NCBI GenBank assembly: GCA_963837175.1
Contig: CAWIMJ010000005.1
Location: forward strand, 1 to 64,000
DNA: 64,000 nt
DNA from: an uncultured Nitrososphaeraceae archaeon
GTDB lineage: Archaea > Thermoproteota > Nitrososphaeria > Nitrososphaerales > Nitrososphaeraceae
Reading direction: 5' to 3'
In this document: piece by piece, positions 57,100 to 64,000 of the stretch
How positions within the stretch are numbered: the stretch's first letter is position 1
Layout: the number at the start of each line of letters is the position of its first letter
Translations under genes and position numbers: made by a program
Notes under the pieces: model-generated
Databases searched by the model: none
What the model was told of the DNA's origin: nothing
The model's input: the letters and a program-made list of their open reading frames with translations, nothing else

Positions 57100-57637
57100 A
57101 TGTGAATTTTAAAGGTTCCTAGTCTTAGTAGTAGCGAGAATACACTAATTATTGGCATTATCAAAATTGCTATCAAATTACGAGTAGTATGTCACAGCAG
57201 GATTCACTTTAAGCATTATGGAAGGCTGAAAGATGAATGAGAGATAAGTCTTTTCATACAAAATAGATTATAAGAAGATATTTTTAATAGCCTATATAAT
57301 CACTGATAAAGGGCATCATTTTTTTGAAGCAATTCTAGTAGGACACAGTAACAGATAGAAAACAGATTTTAGCAGGTTTTTCTAGTCTCACACAAGCCTA
57401 AATATTTCACCTAATCGGGGGATTTAGGATACGATGTTCAAAGAAATTTCTAAATAGACATTAAATGGATTCAAAGATAGACATTATATATAGAAAACTA
57501 TGGACTAGAATAATCAACTATTTAGGATCTCAACTAGATCTGTAATACTGTACATATATTGGCAAGAGTATCATGTGAGGGCTTCCGAGGTTTAGGACGT
57601 TAGTCAATTAATTTTTTATTAGTAAATTACATAATAT

Positions 57638-58352
57638 GGCTCTGTTAACTTAACAATAAATCTATAGTTTTAGATACTCTTTATTTCTTGTATTGATTAT
57701 ACTTACCAAAGGAAATAGAACGTCTGCAAATGACATTGAGTATGGTTTATACCTATACTTTATTGGTCTTTCATATCGTAATACAGCAACAAAAGCATTA
57801 TTATTCAGATTTAAAAAAAGAAGTCATGTCTCCATTTGGAAATGGATGATGCACAAGTACAAACCAGAAAAAATATTTTACAACAGAATGAAAATATCTA
57901 AATTTATAGTTGGTGGTGATGAAACTCATTAAACTAGGAAAAGATTACTTTTGGTTGTGGGTTGTTGCCATCATTAAGCCAAAAGATAAGGATATTCTTC
58001 TTCATATTCATATTTCAGCAGCAGAAAGAAACACATGTTTGTTGCAGAACATACATTTTCTACGTTCTTTAGTAAAAAAAGTACGGAAGATACCCAGTTT
58101 CTACTGATGGTGGTGGGACATGGTATCATCCGCAAGCATGTAAATTCTTGCAAATAAAACATCATCTACATTCACTATATGAAAAAAATATCATTGAACG
58201 AAGAATCCAATACATAAAAAACAGAACAGAATGTTCCGATGATTATTTTCCATGTAGAAAAGAGAAGTGTAGACTAGAGCACATTATCAACTGGTTCAAT
58301 GTTTTTGTAGACTATCATAATAAAGAAGGTGATTGCTTAAGTTAACACAGCC
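57638..58352 (+). mobile_element. Full-length IS6 element with a multiply frameshifted transposase
   Basis: IRs GGCTCTGTTAACTTAA and TTAAGTTAACACAGCC; 8-bp TSD CATAATAT (57630-57637, 58353-58360); transposase fragments in ORFs 57693, 57910 and 58148. Confidence 0.92.
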
Positions 58353-58422
58353 CATAATATGATCATATCAATTAAAATATTATCTTATAATTTAACAGGA
58401 ATGAAACCTATAAGACTGTACT

Positions 58423-58635
58423 TTATTCAACCAATACCTTTTCGATAACAGTTTTCCTTTTGATATTGACTCTCTCAAGACCGGTAGTTATTAATTTCAA
58501 CAGCCAAAATACTGCAGCAATTATACTATTAATCCATTGCGAATCTCTTCTTTTCTTTTTCCTCTCTTGTTCTTTTAAATAGGTGCGATATCTTTTTGCT
58601 GTAAACTTTGCTCCATATACGTCATCATCATACAT
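58423..58635 (-). CDS. Small basic hypothetical protein with one hydrophobic segment
   Basis: 70-aa ORF with ATG start. Confidence 0.4.
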   Translation of the reverse strand: MYDDDVYGAKFTAKRYRTYLKEQERKKKRRDSQWINSIIAAVFWLLKLITTGLERVNIKRKTVIEKVLVE

Positions 58636-58910
58636 AAGTTAATATCATCAATTATAATATGTTCAGCTATAATAACATATTTGCAAACTGATTAGCTTCA
58701 AGATTTTGGCAATGTGACTTGGAATTATCGATAAAAAATGGTCTTTACTTTGGCTGTTAGGAGATTTTTATATATGTAACATCAAATATTAAAAGTACTG
58801 ATCCATAAAAAGGATTTAGGCTCTTTTTCCTTTGATGTAGCAAACACAATCCTTGATATTGAAAATTCATGGAGGGGATTGTCTATTCATAACTATAACT
58901 GCCAGAAAGG

Positions 58911-60227
58911 ATGATCATTAAAATGCGCACTATCAAACGGTCTAAGGAGTTAGAACGTAAGGGATCAAAATTCATGCCATCTGGGGCTGCTGATTCTATT
59001 TTTATAAATAATGCTAGAGGTTCACATATTTGGGATGTTGACGGAAATGAATACATCGATTATAAGTTGGGTTGGGGTCCAATCATCCTAGGTCACAGTG
59101 ATCCTGCAGTTCAGAAGAACGTGCATGAATATGACAATAAAGGAATATGCTACGCTCTTGGCCATCCGCTAGAAATCGTGGTAGCAAAGAAGATAAAATC
59201 TCTAGTCCCCAGTGCCGAGATGATTCGGTTCTTTGTCACAGGAACTGAGGCTACTATGCATGCAATTAGAATAGCTATTGCTTATACAAAAAAAGAAAGG
59301 ATAGTAAAGTTTGAATGTCACTACCATGGTACCCATGATTACGCATTATTCTCTGTAGAACCTAACCCTCGGACTGCTCCGGGCAAACCACAACCTAATT
59401 GTTGGGTAATTCCCAACGCTCTAAAAGAGCTAGTCGTAGTTGAACAATGGAATGATTTTGATGCTGTAGAGAAAACTATCAGGAAGAGTGCGAGCAACAT
59501 CGCTGCCATAATTACAGAACCAATCATGACAAATAATGCTGTCATTTCTCCTCGAGAGGGCTACTTGCATTTTCTCAAGGAACTATGTGAAAAAAATGAT
59601 ATTGTGTTAATATTCGACGAAGTAAAGACTGGGTTCAGAGTAGCTGAAGGAGGAGCCCAACAATTGTTTGGTGTGAAACCTCATTTGAGTACTTTTGCCA
59701 AAGCCTTGGGCAATGGTTATCCTATTTCTGCAGTGGTTGGATTGGAAGACATAATGCGAAATTATGCAAATAATAGAGTTATACTTTATCAGAGTACCTA
59801 TGCAAGAAATCCTGTATCGCTTGCGGCTGCAGACGCAACACTAAATCAAATAAAGAAGATGTATGTGCATTCGAATATTGGAAAGATAGGCAATGCCCTT
59901 ATGAAGGGGATTCTAGAAATCTTGAACGATATGAAGATGTATGACGTTATAGTGCAAGGATATCCATCTATGTTTCAATTGCTATTTACCAAACAAGATA
60001 GAGTTTATAATTACAGAGAATTCGTCAAATGCAATAGAGGTTTATTTACAAAGTTGCAAGAGAGACTTTTAGAAAAGGGAGTTATGCTGGATGAATATAA
60101 CAGTGAGGCCTGGTACACATCTGCTTCTCATAACCGCAGTCACCTAGAGCAAACTATGGAGGCGTTCCAAGCAAGTTTACCACTTCTCTCTGCATCTAGT
60201 AGTAGAAAACTGCGGAAAAAGGCGTAA
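58911..60227 (+). CDS. Class III PLP aminotransferase, glutamate-1-semialdehyde aminomutase-like
   Basis: WDVDGNEYID, GPIILGH, TGTEAT, YHG, LIFDEVKTGFR and TFAKALGNGYP (PLP lysine). Confidence 0.9.
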   Translation: MIIKMRTIKRSKELERKGSKFMPSGAADSIFINNARGSHIWDVDGNEYIDYKLGWGPIILGHSDPAVQKNVHEYDNKGICYALGHPLEIVVAKKIKSLVPSAEMIRFFVTGTEATMHAIRIAIAYTKKERIVKFECHYHGTHDYALFSVEPNPRTAPGKPQPNCWVIPNALKELVVVEQWNDFDAVEKTIRKSASNIAAIITEPIMTNNAVISPREGYLHFLKELCEKNDIVLIFDEVKTGFRVAEGGAQQLFGVKPHLSTFAKALGNGYPISAVVGLEDIMRNYANNRVILYQSTYARNPVSLAAADATLNQIKKMYVHSNIGKIGNALMKGILEILNDMKMYDVIVQGYPSMFQLLFTKQDRVYNYREFVKCNRGLFTKLQERLLEKGVMLDEYNSEAWYTSASHNRSHLEQTMEAFQASLPLLSASSSRKLRKKA

Positions 60228-60308
60228 ATCCATTATAATATATTTTGTTATGTCTCTTTTCTCCTAAGCAAATATTTTGAAGCATGATTTAAAATCTTAA
60301 TGTTTTTT

Positions 60309-60428
60309 TTACTGTTGACTCTTCCAATGGCGTAACAACTTTTTGATAATGTCATCCATAGTTTCTTCATATGATCCAATCTTCGTGAGCTCGCGATGTG
60401 TTTCGTCACTAATTCTTAGTGTCTTCAT
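60309..60428 (-). CDS. Ribbon-helix-helix antitoxin-like small protein (39 aa, absent from the ORF track)
   Basis: Manual translation MKTLRISDETHRELTKIGSYEETMDDIIKKLLRHWKSQQ*. Confidence 0.7.
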   Translation of the reverse strand: MKTLRISDETHRELTKIGSYEETMDDIIKKLLRHWKSQQ

Positions 60429-60473
60429 ATTATTATTGAACAGGTGAATTCGACCATCAATATTATATATCTG

Positions 60474-60500
60474 TTATGCAATTTATGCAATTTATGCAAT
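60474..60500. repeat. TTATGCAAT x3 tandem repeat, candidate operator
   Basis: Three perfect 9-mers between divergent small genes, next to TATA-like runs. Confidence 0.7.
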
Positions 60501-60771
60501 ATATATAAATTATATTTAATATACTAATAGTAACAAAATGAACAGCAAACAAGCAGTAATAGCAACAAATCAAACAGTAAAACAAATGTTCAAAAGAGAC
60601 CAGGATTTTGAGCGTATGTTGCTTACCTCTGATCTTGATCTTGCCCCTGGTTATAACTATCTTGATCTAGATAAGGATTACAAAAAGAGAAGGAAGATTA
60701 GCAAGAAGAGTAACTGTTAGTGTTGCGGCAGTAGAAATAACGACAATAATATAATAACAACAACACCTTTT

Positions 60772-61077
60772 CTATCGTTGCCTAGCAAAATACTTTCGAT
60801 TCTCAATCATCTGTTTAACTAGATGACGATGACAGAATTCATCTTCCTTTTCAATACATAACAAGGTGACTATTTTTTTATTTTCTTTATTATCAATCGC
60901 TTTATTGCGTAACATTACAAGCAGTCTCAGAGCATTTTGATTCTTCATTATTTCATTGTTAAATCGTGTTATATATTCTTCTTTAGATATTCTCTTTTTA
61001 TTCTTGTCTTTAGGATACCAGTCTCTATGAAGTTCCTTGCCTGGTGCTATGTCTCTAAGCCAATCAACAATATGCAA
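60772..61077 (-). CDS. DUF488-family protein
   Basis: WLRDIAPGKELH...Y..RF...VTLLCIEKEDEFCHRHLV. Confidence 0.75.
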   Translation of the reverse strand: MHIVDWLRDIAPGKELHRDWYPKDKNKKRISKEEYITRFNNEIMKNQNALRLLVMLRNKAIDNKENKKIVTLLCIEKEDEFCHRHLVKQMIENRKYFARQR

Positions 61078-61254
61078 TTGCTTCTTTGAGTTTATTCTTC
61101 ATGCAGTTCACTTGTAAATAATGATGGGTCGTTAACTTCAGAAGGTACACACGCAATGCATTGTATACGAAATGGTGCACTATTGGCTCTTGGAGCCGGC
61201 GGTTTTTCTACAATTACACCTGGCCTTATTATTAGTGAATTCCCTCAATGTAAG

Positions 61255-61443
61255 AAAGCATCATTGCTGTTTTGAAAAAGATTCATTGAGAAACTACCCA
61301 GTATATCAAGAATAGAATTGAGAATTTGACGATTATTTTTTATGTATTAGAAAAAAGGTATGAATTAAAATATAATAGAAATGGGTTCAATCTATTTGTT
61401 GATCATTACAATAAAGGGGAAATATCTTAAATTAACACAGTCC
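61255..61443 (+). mobile_element. Heavily degraded IS6 3' relic
   Basis: Fragments QYIKNRIE, DDYFLC and FNLFVDHYNK; degenerate IR TTAAATTAACACAGTCC. Confidence 0.65.
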
Positions 61444-61587
61444 TGAATATGAAAGGAAATGTCGTCATAAGCTAATTTGAAATATTATAATCTATAAGAA
61501 GACCAATCATCAAATTTATGTTTGGTAGAGTAACAATAGTGGTTCTTATTTTTCTATACGATAAAAAATCTTATTAATACAGGTATA

Positions 61588-61917
61588 TTGATATTGTTAT
61601 CAATGGCATTGTATGGTATATATGGAAATCACACAACAGAATCCTGTCCCCTCAACAATATACAAAGCAGAAAGATTGTATTAAATATGGCTGAAGATTT
61701 CGATAATATTGCTAATAAAAATAAGATAAAGATCTTAGAACAATACCATTCAGCATTGGAACATACATTTCTCTGGATAGTAGATACAGAAAATGCACAT
61801 TCAGTGGAGCGTTTTATGATTGAATCAGGATGGGCAGCATTTAATGCTGTCAAGATAGTTCCCCTAGGAAGATACCAAAATGTCATTGACGCATGTAAAA
61901 AACTAGGTACTTCATGA
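61588..61917 (+). CDS. Hypothetical protein (DUF3303/GYD-like)
   Basis: HTTESCP...EHTFLWIVD; likely start MALYG. Confidence 0.65.
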   Translation: MILLSMALYGIYGNHTTESCPLNNIQSRKIVLNMAEDFDNIANKNKIKILEQYHSALEHTFLWIVDTENAHSVERFMIESGWAAFNAVKIVPLGRYQNVIDACKKLGTS

Positions 61918-62784
61918 GATGTGAGGACAATAAGATTCCAACAATATATTCAATCTTGTTGAATATTATTTCTATTAATCTAACAATCCCCTAGTGGTAG
62001 GAAACATATATCTAAAGGCATTGTAGGCCTAATCTTCTTCAAAGAAAGGCCTAAACTAAATATAAAAACCTGGGGAGTCATTTGCAAATTGGTTTATTGT
62101 AATCATTTCACATATTTTGTCTTGGAGCTCTGAATGTTCAGCCAATTTCTTTTGCCTCAAACAACCTTAGTATAACTAATACTATATTCTTAGAATTGTT
62201 TATATCTTTCATATACAAAAATCCTCATATGGCAGAATTAGGTGAAAGTGAGCAAGATAGTAAGGATGAAGAAAAAGAAACTGAAATGTTGCCTATTTCT
62301 AATAAAGGGAAGATAGAGTAAAAAGATATCCAAATGACACAATGAACTCATATGCTTGTGTAAATGCTACCTTATAGTAAAATGCAGATGATATACGTCA
62401 TTCTACTGTACCCAAATTCCCATTTGTTTATTTGCTTCTGTTCTGAGGATAGTGCGTTAAATAAAGGAATTAGTATGAAGTAATGATGTTCGTAAATTCA
62501 GACCAAATTTTTGGGGTATGATTGTTTCAAAAATCTATAGAGAAATATTCGTTACTTATTTTATTATCTATAAAAATTAAATCTCAATTGTTTAATATCG
62601 GCTGCAATACTCACTATTCTCTTCATTGACAAAGAGGCAGATTTTTTACAATCCCTATCTTGCTTTAGATTACTTTACATGTTATCGTTGTAGATTGTTT
62701 TTTTCTCTTTTGTAATAATTATTTTTTTACAATGTTTTGTAAACCTATACTTTAAATTTCCTATTGTATATTTTTTATAGTAAA

Positions 62785-63846
62785 ATGAAGGCAGCAGTAT
62801 ATCATGAACATAATAAAGATCCACAAAAAGTTATAAAAATAGAAGAGATAGAAATTCCTAAAATTAAGCATAACCAAGTTCTTATAAAAGTTGAAGCAGC
62901 ATCTTATAATTATAATGATCTTTGGGGAATATGGGGAGAACCAATTAAGATTCCTCTTCCTCACATTTCTGGAAGCGATATTTCCGGAACAGTAGTAGAT
63001 GTTGGAGAAAATGTTTTAGATATAAAAAAAGGAGACAGAATAGTAGGCCATCCCAATCTAACGTGTAGAATATGTAAGGATTGTACTTCTGGCAAAGAAT
63101 ATGATTGTCGCCAAAGACAAGTATGGGGTTTTCAAACTGGTCCTTTATGGGGAGGATTTGCTCAATATACATATTTACCAGAAGTCAATATTATAAAAAT
63201 CCCAGATAATCTTTCTTTTCAACACGCAGCGGCTATTTCTATGGTTGGAATGACAGCCTGGCACATGTTAGTTACTAGAGCTAATATTCAACCAGGACAA
63301 ACTGTTTTGATTATGGGAGGTGGAAGTGGTATGGGAATAGCAGGTATTCAAATTGCAAAGTTGTTCAATTGTGATATTATTGCAACAGCTGGCAATCAAG
63401 AAAAAATGGATAAATGTCTTGAATTAGGTGCTGATCATGTTGTAAATCATAGAGAATCAGATTGGTACAAGAAAGTTAGAAATTTAACAGCAAATAATAA
63501 TCAAGGAGAAGGTGTAGATATTATTTTTGAACATATTGGAAAGTCTGTATTTGCACAAGAAGTTAGTCTCTTAAAGATGGGAGGCACCTTAGTATCTACT
63601 GGAGCCACAACTGGATATGACTCGAAACTAGACTTGAGATATCTCTTCTTTAGAGGACTAAATCTTATTGGAGCTACTCAAGGAACGAAGGCAGGATTAG
63701 AAGAAGTAATTAAATGGACAAGTAAAGGAAAAATAAAAGCAATAATAGATACGATTTATCCATTTGAAGATATGGTGATGGGTCACATAAAAATGATGGA
63801 ATCACAATTGTTTGGGAAGTTAGTTACTACTCCACAAAAATTATAA
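62785..63846 (+). CDS. Zinc-binding medium-chain dehydrogenase/reductase
   Basis: MKAAVY, PHISGSD, structural Zn motif CRICKDC...C, GGGSGMG and FGKLV. Confidence 0.92.
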   Translation: MKAAVYHEHNKDPQKVIKIEEIEIPKIKHNQVLIKVEAASYNYNDLWGIWGEPIKIPLPHISGSDISGTVVDVGENVLDIKKGDRIVGHPNLTCRICKDCTSGKEYDCRQRQVWGFQTGPLWGGFAQYTYLPEVNIIKIPDNLSFQHAAAISMVGMTAWHMLVTRANIQPGQTVLIMGGGSGMGIAGIQIAKLFNCDIIATAGNQEKMDKCLELGADHVVNHRESDWYKKVRNLTANNNQGEGVDIIFEHIGKSVFAQEVSLLKMGGTLVSTGATTGYDSKLDLRYLFFRGLNLIGATQGTKAGLEEVIKWTSKGKIKAIIDTIYPFEDMVMGHIKMMESQLFGKLVTTPQKL

Positions 63847-64000
63847 AGTTAGTTAAAAATAGAATATAGCATTAACCATATATTATCAAGCAAGTATTGA
63901 AAGTCCAAATTATAGAATATAAAATGACTCAAATAAAAAAGAGGTACTTCTTTAGTTATATTATATGTAATTGGCCCCACATTGATAGCACTATTTTTGG

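Noticed and set aside
58911-60227. Assigning the symbol hemL
   Set aside because: The family is clear, but there is no tetrapyrrole gene context and some motifs diverge, so it may be a paralogue with another substrate.

Overview
AT-rich archaeal DNA whose gene content (ESCRT-III/CdvB paralogue, AN1-finger M50 peptidase, MEDS and DUF1059 proteins, Asn/Gln-rich low-complexity tracts, short IS6 elements) points to a soil ammonia-oxidising archaeon (Nitrososphaeraceae-like). This placement is an inference from recalled family motifs; no search was run. About 1.6-31 kb is accessory DNA. It holds a ~12 kb virus- or satellite-like module (terminase large subunit, HTH TerS-like gene, ParB-methyltransferase, SSB-like gene, primase-PriX fusion, AAA+ ATPase, AbrB regulators, zinc fingers) with no recognisable capsid, portal or integrase. 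It also holds a 277-bp non-autonomous IS6 derivative carrying an AbrB-like gene with an 8-bp target duplication, a GC-rich beta-propeller/PLAT locus, a PH-domain KAP NTPase and a pentapeptide-repeat gene. About 32-64 kb is gene-sparse chromosome with metabolic genes, several IS6 relics and a gene closely resembling eukaryotic peptide:N-glycanase (Png1/NGLY1). Many genes carry single-base frameshifts, often at homopolymers, which may be assembly indels rather than real pseudogenisation. No rRNA, convincing tRNA or CRISPR array was seen.
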